The position numbers and the translations under genes were made by a program. This document shows positions 38,030-48,920 of a DNA stretch of 64,000 bases, piece by piece. The DNA comes from Adineta vaga (Eukaryota; Animalia; Rotifera). Each line of letters starts with the position of its first letter. The first letter of the stretch is position 1. Under the pieces are notes generated by a model. That model saw only the letters and a program-made list of their open reading frames with translations. It ran no database searches and had not been told where the DNA came from. The stretch spans positions 5,456,001 through 5,520,000 of the forward strand of contig CP075494.1 in the NCBI GenBank assembly GCA_021613535.1. The letters are read 5' to 3'.

Positions 38030-38529
38030 ATGATGTCAAGTAAGTGAAATTGTTAAATATATTCTAATTTAATGCTTTTATTCTAGTTACTGGAAATCCA
38101 CGAAGTCCGAAGATCCTCCTTCTCGATTTATCAGATCTTCCAACGAAAGAACTACATCTTATCGTTGTACATTGTCCAACCGTTAGTGACCTAGCCATTC
38201 AAACAGAGAAATATCCGTCACACGCTCTCATTATTGCTTGTCGATCGAATAATTTGAATGATTTAATACCTGTTCTATCAGATATAACACTTGATGCATT
38301 ATATATTTGGAATATTGGTGAAAAACTGAACGCTAGTCTTGAATCATGGTGGCTGAAAACAACTATTGTACATAATGACAAACAATTAATGCGGCATTTA
38401 TGTACAAAAAGTGTACTTTGTTTTTATAGTGAAGGACTGGAACATAAAAAAAATGGAGACGCAGGAGTGGCTAATCGATGTTTATTGGATGCATCGCATG
38501 TACTAAACTACGCAAGGCAGTTTGTTTAA
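38030..38529 (+). CDS. Hypothetical alpha/beta protein (intron 38040-38086)
   Basis: ATG ATG TCA A|gtaagt..ttctag|TT ACT GGA opens a ~150-codon frame continuous with ORF 38254. Confidence 0.6.
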
Positions 38530-39391
38530 TGTTAATGCTTTTTCTTTTAATCAAATCAGATATATAAACTTATGAATTGTTCGAAACAATGAACAAGTTA
38601 ACTTTCTATTTTTATTTGTTGTTCAAATTTTTTTTTAAAATACATACTTTTGTAATTTAAAATAATGAATTGATATCTTATTTTCTTTCTTCAAATCTCA
38701 TGTACAAAACAACAACAACGGCATCTAAATTAAGAAGTCTGTTTTAATCCTCTGTATAAGATGTTGATATATGTATCATTTGTCGATCTTATTGTTCTAC
38801 AATGAGAAAAAAAAGAAACTATTTTATTTATAATAGCGAATATCCATTCGTCGTTTGTTATTATGTTCTTTCTCCGAAAGTAGAATTAAACTTGAAAATG
38901 TACTCGAATAATATTTATAAAGAACGTTATATAAAGCGATACAAAAAAAAATGCCGATCAATAGGATTGTGAAGCATATGGGTTTCTCTCACGACTGAAA
39001 TCAATGTAGAATAAACGTAAATTTATTTTCGTTCTTTTTGTATTTTTGAGAATGAATATATTTACTACTTAACACATAGTAGTATTATGGACAAAAATAA
39101 CAAAAAAAAACTCATATTTCTTTAATATGTAAACTACTATGAATGTCTGTCTGTCTGTCTACCTGTCTGTTGTAAATAAGAATAATTAGGAAGAGAGAAA
39201 AAAAAACTCACTCTGTATAATCAATACTAAATCTATTGAAATAGGTCTATTTTTAAAGCATCGTCTTTCGGCGAATCGAAGGGACCAGACGCTGGAAACT
39301 TCCAATGTTAATAAATCAATAAATACCGAGACTAACACCTGATGTTTTTCTTCATTTATACGATATCCAGTATAGACAGAAGATATTCACT

Positions 39392-39400
39392 GTATATAAG
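39392..39400 (+). promoter_or_regulatory. Putative TATA box of the 39614 gene
   Basis: GTATATAAG upstream of an apparent non-coding exon and a 5'UTR intron (39463-39598). Confidence 0.4.
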
Positions 39401-39613
39401 ACCAGGTATATCAATCAAATCTCAAACATACATTACATACCATACAGTGATATTCAAAGAAGGTAAGGAAGTATTCTTTTGAAGAAATAAGAGTTCATTC
39501 TTGGCTAACTAGGTCTACATACATGATAGAATTTCTAGACAGAGAATATGTGTCTCGTACATTCATTACTTGAATACTTAATCATATCTCTGTTATAGGT
39601 AAAAAAAACAATA

Positions 39614-39802
39614 ATGTCCAGCTACAACAATAATAGTTATGATAGACTTGAAGAAGCAATGAATGGAATGATCGTTAGTGCTAACAGTGGTCAGTCGGAT
39701 CTTTTTAATGCATACTGTAATCAAGGAATGAATATATTATCAAATTCATTCTCGAGTTCGAACTGTTCTCAATCGGGAAGTGGTAGTTATGATAACAAAT
39801 GA
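39614..39802 (+). CDS. 62-aa Ser/Asn-rich microprotein
   Basis: AAACAATAATG start context directly after a GT-AG intron; upstream TATA. Confidence 0.5.
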   Translation: MSSYNNNSYDRLEEAMNGMIVSANSGQSDLFNAYCNQGMNILSNSFSSSNCSQSGSGSYDNK

Positions 39803-41005
39803 TTTGACTGAATATTTACCGTTGGTTTGATGAAATGAAAGAAATCGTTGGCATTCCTGTATATTTAACACTTTAAGTTGTTTTTTGCATCTATTATCTT
39901 ATGATCTTTAGCTTAACTGCATCGAATTTCAATATTATTTAGATTTTTTTCATTGTAGAAAACTGAGAAATAGTTTAGTATTTGTACAAACGTTTTTTTT
40001 CTGTTCACATTTGTCAAGGTCCTAATTTCAATTCAAAATAGCACATCTTCACTAGGATGTAAAATGTCAATGAATACTTATTTTCTTTTTTGCTGTTTTG
40101 CCCAACAGTTATACTCTTTTTTTCAAAGTGCTTCGACACAAAAATAAAGGAATTCAAGCATCGAAGTCAATTTCTAATGATTCAGTAAAATTTTCTTATA
40201 ATTTATTGATATTCCCAATGAATTTTTTCGTTACTTTATGCATAACAAAGTACCACTCGTATTGTCTGACGTGATTCTATTAAAGTGTGAATCTTTATAA
40301 ATGAAATACATACTATCATTTCATGTCTCTACAAATATATCTGAAATGAACATCTTTCATCAATTTTCTCAAGTATTTGTTCGGAAGATTCTACGTATCA
40401 GAACTCAACAAGAAGCGAAGTGATTCACTTTGTGGTACATTATGCTAGCATCTCGTTATCAAGACAAAATTTGTTATTGCTGAGCAAAAACTATCTATTA
40501 TGATCACGAAAAGACAAAGTTTCGTTTAAAAACATGTGTTTACTTTATATTCATTGAAAATATGTCACCATGTTAACGTAAATTGCAACAATTCTTCAAG
40601 ACAATAGAATTCCATTTTCATGACTCACCTCTTATAACATAAAACAGAACAGAAAAAAAAACATGTAGCTGGGTAAAAATTCATATTTGAAAATAAGCTT
40701 ACTATTTACATTAACTATTTCTTGCTTCGGTGGTATTTGGTATCGTTGAAATATTCAGATAAGAAGCTAGTTCATCGAATGTGTTTTGCAAGATTTTTTT
40801 TTGAATCTCACATGTGTAGCTAGTTCTTTTGTAAGAGAGACATGAGTAACATTCAAAATAGAAATCCCCAGTGATATATTAATATATATATATATATAGT
40901 TGTGACAATAAGGCGCTGCATTCATTTCGTTTATCTTTTTTTTGAATCTGGTATTCATTTTAGAGTTGATTTTATTTAGATATCTATTAGAAAGTAAGAT
41001 TTCGA

Positions 41006-42361
41006 ATGGCATGTGCTCTTGATCCTGGAAATTTGGATTCTGATTCCGAATCATCAGAGAGTTTTGATGAGGCATGGCAAGCTGATCTAGCACTTATTCG
41101 TGAACTTACTCGACAAGAAAAACAAGCAGAAGATGATAGAATACTTGCAGCAAGACTTGCTGGAGTTACTCTCGATGAAATTCCTGAGAATGTTAGAAAG
41201 ATGGCAATACTAACAGAGGATCATCATAATACGATCAAAAGAAAAGGTATTCTACCTATTATTCTCCTAATTTTTACAATATGAATAGAATTGTTTTAGT
41301 AATTAAAAATAATGCTACAACTGATTTCACAACAAAAAAGACTAATCACGAATCTATTCTGTAAGTAATTATTTGTACATGTTCAGCTTCGAAATGTGCT
41401 TTTCTTTTAATAATATTAGAATGAAATGCGCTGTATGTATGGAACTCGTATCTAAAAATGATCCTCGTGTTCCATGCGGCCATGCTTATTGTATTGGATG
41501 TCTCAAAGAATTATTCACAACCTCAATGCAAGATGAAACTTTAATGCCACCACGATGCTGTCGTAAAGAAATCCCCACTGATTTAGCAAGATTAACTTTG
41601 AAAGAAACAGAAGATTTCAATGCTAAACGTTTAGAATATTCGACAATAGATCGTCTCTACTGTTCACAACCTACATGCTCAACATTTATCCCTCCATCAT
41701 TAATCATTGATAGCATTGGAACATGTCCAAAGTATGTATGAAATTCAACGCAACTATCTTTCCTTATTTGTTTATTGTATAGTTCTAAATGTCGAACGAC
41801 AACGTGTGCTATTTGTAAAGGAGCTAGTCATGGTAATCTCGACTGTCCAAAAGATGATGATACAGCAGCTCTTTTAGCAGCAGCTAAAGAAGCAGGTTGG
41901 ACTCGATGTTATCGTTGTCGAGCAGTTGTAGAATTAACTCATGGATGTTATCATATAACATGCCGATGTCGTGCTGAATTTTGTTATCTATGTTCAACAC
42001 CATGGAAAAATTGTCCCTGTGCTCAATGGGATGAAGCACGTTTAATTGAAGAAGCTCGTGTCCGTACTGCTAGGTAAATTTTTCAGAATAACTTGTAACA
42101 CAAATAATGATTTTCTTTTCTACGAACAGAGTTCCTCTTGCTCATCTTCGACAGGTTAATGTCGGATTAAATTTACAAGAACGTGTAAATCAAATGGTTA
42201 ATCAACTACGTAATGATCATGAATGTCAACATACAGCATGGGCTTATACTCGTGGTGGTGGTCGGTGCGAAGAATGTCGTGACTATTTACCGCAGTATCT
42301 ATACCGTTGTCAACGTTGTCACTTAATGGCTTGTAATCGATGTCGACGTAATCGATTTTAA
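41006..42361 (+). CDS. RBR (RING1-IBR-RING2) E3 ubiquitin ligase, fungal IBR-protein type, 4 introns
   Basis: CAVC..PCGHAYC..C; DETLMPPRCC; YCSQPTC..CPN..C..TCAICKGASH; RCYRC..VELTHGCYHITCRCRAEFCYLC; C-terminal CQH..W..CEEC..CQRC..CNRC. Confidence 0.9.
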
Positions 42362-42481
42362 TTACATCGAACTTGACTCTTTGATTTTATATTTATCACG
42401 TTTAATAGTTTATTTCATATTTATTAACAAAGAAAAATAAAAAAAACTACATAAATGCTAAATTACATAGGTATGAGAAAT

Positions 42482-43843
42482 TTAGAATAAGATGAATAAT
42501 ATGAATAAAATAACAATATTATGCACTTTAAATAATCTAGAAGCGGCATTACTACTATCGATAGTTTCATTAAGAATAGTAATATTTGAATTTTGGTTGT
42601 ATTGTACTCGATAAAGACGATTATTTCCATCTTCACTAAACAATATACTACCATCTTTCATTACAAGTATTCCTACTGGACGTCCATATGTATCTGGACC
42701 AGACGGATTTGTCAAAAAACCATGTACAAAATCTTCATAAAAACCAAGAGGTCGATTTGTAGTACTATTAAAGGGAATAAACACAATTTTATAACCTGTT
42801 CCATTATTTCTATTCCATGAACCACGAAATGCAGCAAATGCACCATTTTGATATCGACTAGGAAATTGTGTACCTGTATAAAAACGCATATCAAGAACAG
42901 CTGAATGAGCTTGAAAGAGAACATCTGGTGTTCGTGTTTGTGCGACTAAATCGAGTCGTTCACTTGTTCCATTGGTAAGAATTCGTCGTGGATCAGTTAA
43001 ATTAGAACTCATATATGCATATGGCCATCCATAAAAATCATTTTGTTGAACACGTGTGAAATAATCAGGTACCAAATCATCACCAAGTTCATCTCGTTCT
43101 TGACAAGTCGTATACAAATCATTTGTAATCGGATGAAATGCTAGACCAACAGCATTTCGTAGACCAGATGCAAATGTTGTTTGATTACTACCATTAAGAT
43201 TAGCTTGTTGAACTGATGCTCGTGGTAATGATTCAATATTAACGTTTGATTCTGAGCCAATACTAATATACATTCGATTACCATCTGGTGATATAACAAC
43301 AGTTCGAGTGGAATGTCCTGCACTAGGATAAGTCATAACTATTTCACCTGTTCCAGTAATATTTCGACTTCCGGATGTCCATTGGTATCGTCGAGTAGCA
43401 TCTCTATTTCCAACATAGAAATATCCATTGGAAAAAGCCATACCAAATGGATAGTTGAGTCCATTCGTGGCATCAGCAAATGTGATACGTTGATCAGGAT
43501 AACCATCCTGATTGTTATCTAATAGACAAGATATTCGATTGATACTCGGCTCACTAACAAGAATATCATTTGAAGGTGTATAGAGAAGATATCGTGGTCC
43601 TGATAGTTCAGTCATATATAATTGTACTGAAAATCCTTGTGGAACATAAAGAATTGGATCAGCAGGGACAGAAATAACTCGTGCACCTTTAGTTGTTGAT
43701 GCTGTTGCATACGGTTGCGGTAAACTAGCAACTGTAATATAAATCGATTGTGGAACAAAAGTTACATTTGTACTATCAGTTTGATGAATTTTATCAGCTG
43801 AAATTAACAATATAGCGAAGAAAAACTTAATCGTAATAAACAT
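42482..43843 (-). CDS. PQQ-dependent L-sorbosone/glucose dehydrogenase-like beta-propeller, secreted
   Basis: LPQPYAT, PQGFSV, GHSTRTV, SIGS.SN, ASGLRNAVG, QERDELGDDLVPDY, FYGWPY, AHSA, RGSWNR..GYK, GRPVG. Signal peptide from M43843; hydrophobic C-terminal tail. Confidence 0.92.
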   Translation of the reverse strand: MFITIKFFFAILLISADKIHQTDSTNVTFVPQSIYITVASLPQPYATASTTKGARVISVPADPILYVPQGFSVQLYMTELSGPRYLLYTPSNDILVSEPSINRISCLLDNNQDGYPDQRITFADATNGLNYPFGMAFSNGYFYVGNRDATRRYQWTSGSRNITGTGEIVMTYPSAGHSTRTVVISPDGNRMYISIGSESNVNIESLPRASVQQANLNGSNQTTFASGLRNAVGLAFHPITNDLYTTCQERDELGDDLVPDYFTRVQQNDFYGWPYAYMSSNLTDPRRILTNGTSERLDLVAQTRTPDVLFQAHSAVLDMRFYTGTQFPSRYQNGAFAAFRGSWNRNNGTGYKIVFIPFNSTTNRPLGFYEDFVHGFLTNPSGPDTYGRPVGILVMKDGSILFSEDGNNRLYRVQYNQNSNITILNETIDSSNAASRLFKVHNIVILFILFILF

Positions 43844-43949
43844 ATTTGTACTCAATGATCGATCGTTGTCGTTTGCTTTGATATTATATTACTGATCAAA
43901 CAGAACGTTATTTATACACAAAAAATATCAAAGAACAAAATAAATATGC

Positions 43950-43972
43950 ATATATATATATATATATATATA
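43950..43972. repeat. (TA)n microsatellite
   Basis: Perfect TA run of about 11 units. Confidence 0.9.
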
Positions 43973-44287
43973 CGATCGAACCATGTGGTACTCCATTAAC
44001 ATAATTGTTCTCTCTTATGTTTACTTCGTCATGTAAAGGTAGATTGTATAATTACATCTACAGTTCGATTGGTAGAAATAACCAGTAAGATGTAGCGTAC
44101 TTATAATAATTGAAAAGTTAAAAATAAAACGCACTTAATAATATATACTGCTTATTTACTTCAAGAATCAACACTATTTTCTATAGAATAATTTAATTTA
44201 TGTTTCGATATGCTACTTTATTTGTGCAAGATTAACATATAATGAATAAAATATTATATACAACAAATATTAACGTAAAAGTTTCGT

Positions 44288-44765
44288 TTAATGTTTGTGA
44301 TGTGCAGGTCCACCGCCAACATGACCATCGTGATTTAAATCCATATGAGTAATCTGTTCTGCTTTACCAATAAGACCTATCAATAAACCGATAAATATTT
44401 CTTTCAAATTTAGAAAATAATCCTTTACACACCTCCACCAGCACCTCCTCCTCCTCCTGCGTGAGCTGGCTGTCCTCCAACACGACCGTCATGATTTAAA
44501 TCCATATGAGTCATTTGTTCGGCTTTGCCAATCAGACCTATTGATAAACCGATAAATATTTATTATAAATTTAAAAAATAATCATTTACAAACCTCCACC
44601 AGCACCTCCTCCATGAGGTTTGTTACCTCCTCCAATACGACCATCGCCATTGATGTCTATACCTGTTTTTTCTTCGATTTTATTTGAAACAAAGGCTATA
44701 TTTAATGAAAAATTAAAGTTTTAAATAAAGATTTCATTGAAGTTAGTAAGAAAAAACGTACCCAT
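44288..44765 (-). CDS. 99-aa Gly-rich protein with three DxNxDG repeats (4 exons; not in ORF track)
   Basis: Exons 44765-44762, 44695-44594, 44537-44433, 44376-44288 with GT-AG introns total 300 nt: MAFVSNKIEEKTGIDINGDGRIGG..GLIGKAEQMTHMDLNHDGRVGG..GLIGKAEQITHMDLNHDGHVGGGPAHHKH*. Confidence 0.85.
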
Positions 44766-45303
44766 TTTTTTTCTTTATAAACCAGTTGACTTCTTGTTAA
44801 GTAACGTTGTATTATTTGAGAAAGAAAAGAACTTTTTTGCCGTCTTTTATACACGCCAAAAAAGAATACGACGGAGAAGAAAAAAACGTCAACTGATGTT
44901 TTACGTCGTACGTAACTTCATACATGTATACACTTGAAGTTCAACGAGAACGAAAAAGTAAACTTAACCTAAATAAACATATCGAATGCTGTTCTCATGG
45001 TAAATATGAAAAACCTTCGATTTTATTTCGATACTGTCTCAAATCTGTTTCAAAAGAGTTTTAAATCAAATAACGTGTCAGTAATAAAATTTCCTTAATC
45101 TGACGTTTTTTTATCATATATTTAACGATTATATAAATTTATTGCAACATAACTCACATAGTTTATCATTTATTGTTTCTATTTTATGGGAGAATGATTT
45201 GAATGTCGTTGAATTGTGCGTCATTTTCGTCAAGTGAATTGTTCGGGGATAGATATATTAGTTTTTCTTTCACAGAAATAATAAAAAACTCGTGAAGTCA
45301 ACA

Positions 45304-48300
45304 ATGTCTACTGAAACAAGTCCGATTCTAACATTGATGGCATTGGGCCGAACGTTTTATCTTGGAATGCTCTATGATTTCAAAACTGATAAATCGATTC
45401 CTAATATTTCACTTTGGGATAATAGATTAATAGCAAATTATATTAAACGTTGGTCAGTACCATCGAGTAGTTATGAGATTCATGCTGAAGATACATTGAT
45501 AAAACGATTAGAATTCTTTAAAGCGGATTCCAATCTTAAACTAAGTATTCTAACGGGTCTCGTAGTATTAACGCATTCCGCGAAATTGATTGATGATCAT
45601 AAAACAACAGAACACATACGTCGTTATGTAGTGAAGTATTCTGTAACCACACAACAACATGAATTATCAACAAGTCATTTAAATATAAATAATTCCAAAT
45701 GTTCTCCGGTAATTGATGATCAGAATGCAACACATATTGTTACTGGAATTCTATATGGTGCCGACGTTTATTTTGTCTTTGATCGACCTGTGAAACTTGA
45801 TGAAAATCATGAGATTACAGATAGAATTGTTATTGAACTTTTGAGAAAAATGATAACAAATCGATTCTCTCGTAATAATGAATTGATATTAAAAGATGAT
45901 GAGAAAAAACTAACTGAAACATTAACATGTCGATATTATGGTGATTTAGATTTTATTTCACCTCCAACTACATTTGAGCAAGTTGCTCGATTATTTCGTC
46001 AAGTACCACAACTTCTTGACGATAATTCTATTCCAAAACAAGTATGGTTATATCCATTGTATCTATTCAATAAAATTGTTCTCGTTCATCGCACTTTTCC
46101 TCAAATTACATATCAACTAGTGACTAGAACAATTGAACTATTCGAAGAATTCTATCGACTTAAAATAAAAATAAATAACTTGAAGAACAGTATTCCACCA
46201 AATGCATTGCTTCGTCAAAGTGAATTATAATTACCAATCTACTATACTGCTATTTGTGATTTTGAAATCGAACTGAAGAAACAAATGAAGATCTTGTGGT
46301 TGGAAATTCGTCATGGGAATAGAAATGAAACAATCTTAACGGAGTTTTTAAACAATATGGATATGTATGCAACGAATAAGAAGAAAATCGACAATTGGAT
46401 TCAATTTATTACAGAAGGAATTCGAATTTTGATGAATTTTAACGTTTTGCTAGCAAAATCAGATAATATTTTTCCATCGAAATCATCAAGTTTTCAAGAA
46501 AATCAACCTCACATTTCTCGTTTCATTCTTCGATTAATTATTCATGTAACTGAAAAATATGATCCATTTTTAAATGAAATGTTTCAATATTTGATCGATA
46601 ACACCAATCATTACGTTAATACAAGTACAAAAATCAATTGTTGGTTCAGTCAAGATAATTTCACATCAATTCAGAATAAAATTATTCTATTCTCTGAATT
46701 TGCTCAAGAAAATAGAAAGAACGCTGATGTTCAATATTTCGTTGAAGAACAATACGCCGATGTATTTCATATGAATAAAGATGTGTCAATTATTCTTTAT
46801 CGAAACGGAATTATAACTAATTTTGAAATACCGAGTCGACCAGGTCAACCAAGAGCAACGAATATATCCGCTGATAATCTCACATTAACTTGGTTAAAAC
46901 CCATCTATGGAAGTCAAACCATTCAACAATACAAGGTTTATGGACAAATCGATGGCACTAATCGATGGGCATTACTTCACATAAGTGCAAATGATACACC
47001 ATGTACTGTTATTTCAAAGCTTCCAGAAGGAAAATATCGATTTAAAATAAAAGGAATTACAATAATTGGTGATACAACTGAAAGTGACCCAAGCGATATA
47101 GTCAGTGAGTGAATACATATATATATATCTTTATCTGTTTTTAACTTTCTATACATTCTTAGATACGACTATAGCCAAACCAATTTCAATTCCACTTCCT
47201 AGACCTGTAACATCGTTACCAATTGTGACTACTAATGAAATTACGAGAGAAAAAGCGATTCTTGATGTCATGCCTGCATGGTTCGACCAAGTTAAATCTG
47301 TACCACTAGAAAAAAATTCATCTACCATCTAATTATAACAAAAATTCACCTGTAGAAGTGCGTACCTACCAATGTTTAGCTAATTTTCGTTCTATGAATG
47401 AGAAAACACAAAATATCGATTTTGTTGCAAAACCATTCGAGGCTGATGTCGAAAATACTGAAACACTTGTCGTTGTTCTTAATGAACTTGTCACTCAACT
47501 TGGTGCTCGTCTTACTTTCACCAATTCGGAATTTACATATGACGACAGTGACTATCGAACTGCTTGTGGAGTAATCAATCTCGGTAGTATCCACACGTTT
47601 CTTGCTTCTGAAGGTCAATTTCAAACAGCAAAGTTCACTCTTCATCTCGATCTGGATTATGATCAACTGACAGCAACACCGGAAACATTGAAAAAGTTTG
47701 TTTTATCAAGTATTAATGATATTGCTTCAATTGCCGGATGTAACAAAGACTTTACTCGAGTATTTGATGTTTGTCGAACGACATCGATATTTCTGAATTT
47801 TGGAATTACCACGCCTGTTATTGAGGATACAAAAGAAGTAGCAGATGCATTAAAGAAGAGACTCAATGAAAATGCGACCCGTGAACATAATAACGTGTTT
47901 CAGTATTTGTATGCAGAAAAATATACTCATAAGCTGGAACCAGCACTTGCTTACTTACAGCTACAACAATCAGATTTAGATATTAAATTTAATCTAAAAT
48001 ACGATCATGCAGACGTACAGAAAAGAGGGGGTCTTCCGTATTATCTACCCAATGGATGGTATCGACATGCGTTAAGAGTAATCGACAAATATCCCGGAAA
48101 TAAATCATGGCTGGGTATGGATAATTCACCGGGTGAATGGGCTGTTGCATACCATGGTACAAACTGGAAAGCAGTAGAAAGTATTGTAGGTGATGGATTA
48201 ATACACAAAATAGTAACCACAGATGTATGTGCAGCTGAAGCTAAACGACAAAATTCTTCGATTCCCAATGTGAAAGGATTATATGTAGCAACACATTGTG

Positions 48301-48515
48301 ATGGTGGTGCTGCGCAGTATGCTCGATCGTTTCAAGTTCCCAATTCATCAGGTGGACACATCGATTATAAAATAGTATTTCAATGTCGGGTAGAACCAGG
48401 AAAGTTTATAGAACATAAAAGTCCGGTGAACGTCGGTATGGCATGGCGTGTGTTTGATGAGAAAGCTATTAGACCCTATGGATTATTACTCAAAGAACAG
48501 AAAGGATCAACATAA
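45304..48515 (+). pseudogene. Stonustoxin-like MACPF/CDC + FN3 + NEURL4/PARP-like ART fusion, copy 1 (in-frame TAA 46228, +1 frameshift ~47310-47316, intron 47105-47162)
   Basis: ALGRTFYLGMLYD, ATHIVTGILYGA, CRYYGD, PTTFEQ, VWLYPL; FN3 PSRPGQP..LTW..Y..YRFKI; ART YYLPNGWYR..W.VAYHGT..GLYVAT..FQCRV..IRPYGLL. Collinear with copy 2. Confidence 0.85.
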
Positions 48516-48920
48516 CTCTTATTTGTATCTGTTTTCGTTATTATCTAATTAGAATTAACCAAGAGAAGAAATATATGACTAGAATAAAACTGATGATATT
48601 CTTTAGAGAAATTTCTTAGAGGTATGGAAGATTGAAAGAAATGTGTCGTTGCCGATCTAAGTACTTATTCTTCTAAATACATCTAGTAGAGAGCCTCGAA
48701 AACATATTTTCTTTTTTAATTTATTGTCTCTTTCATAAACTATTTCTTATCAGCATACTTCGAGGAGCAGCAGTAGGATTGTTATCTAACCGTTTAGTAA
48801 AATATTTTATTCGATGAAAAACTGAAGAATTAAGAAAGTTTTTTCCAACTTACAACTATTACAGTCTTCTATATAATTCTATCTTGAATTAATATTTGTC
48901 CTGCAGTCGCAAATTTCAAA

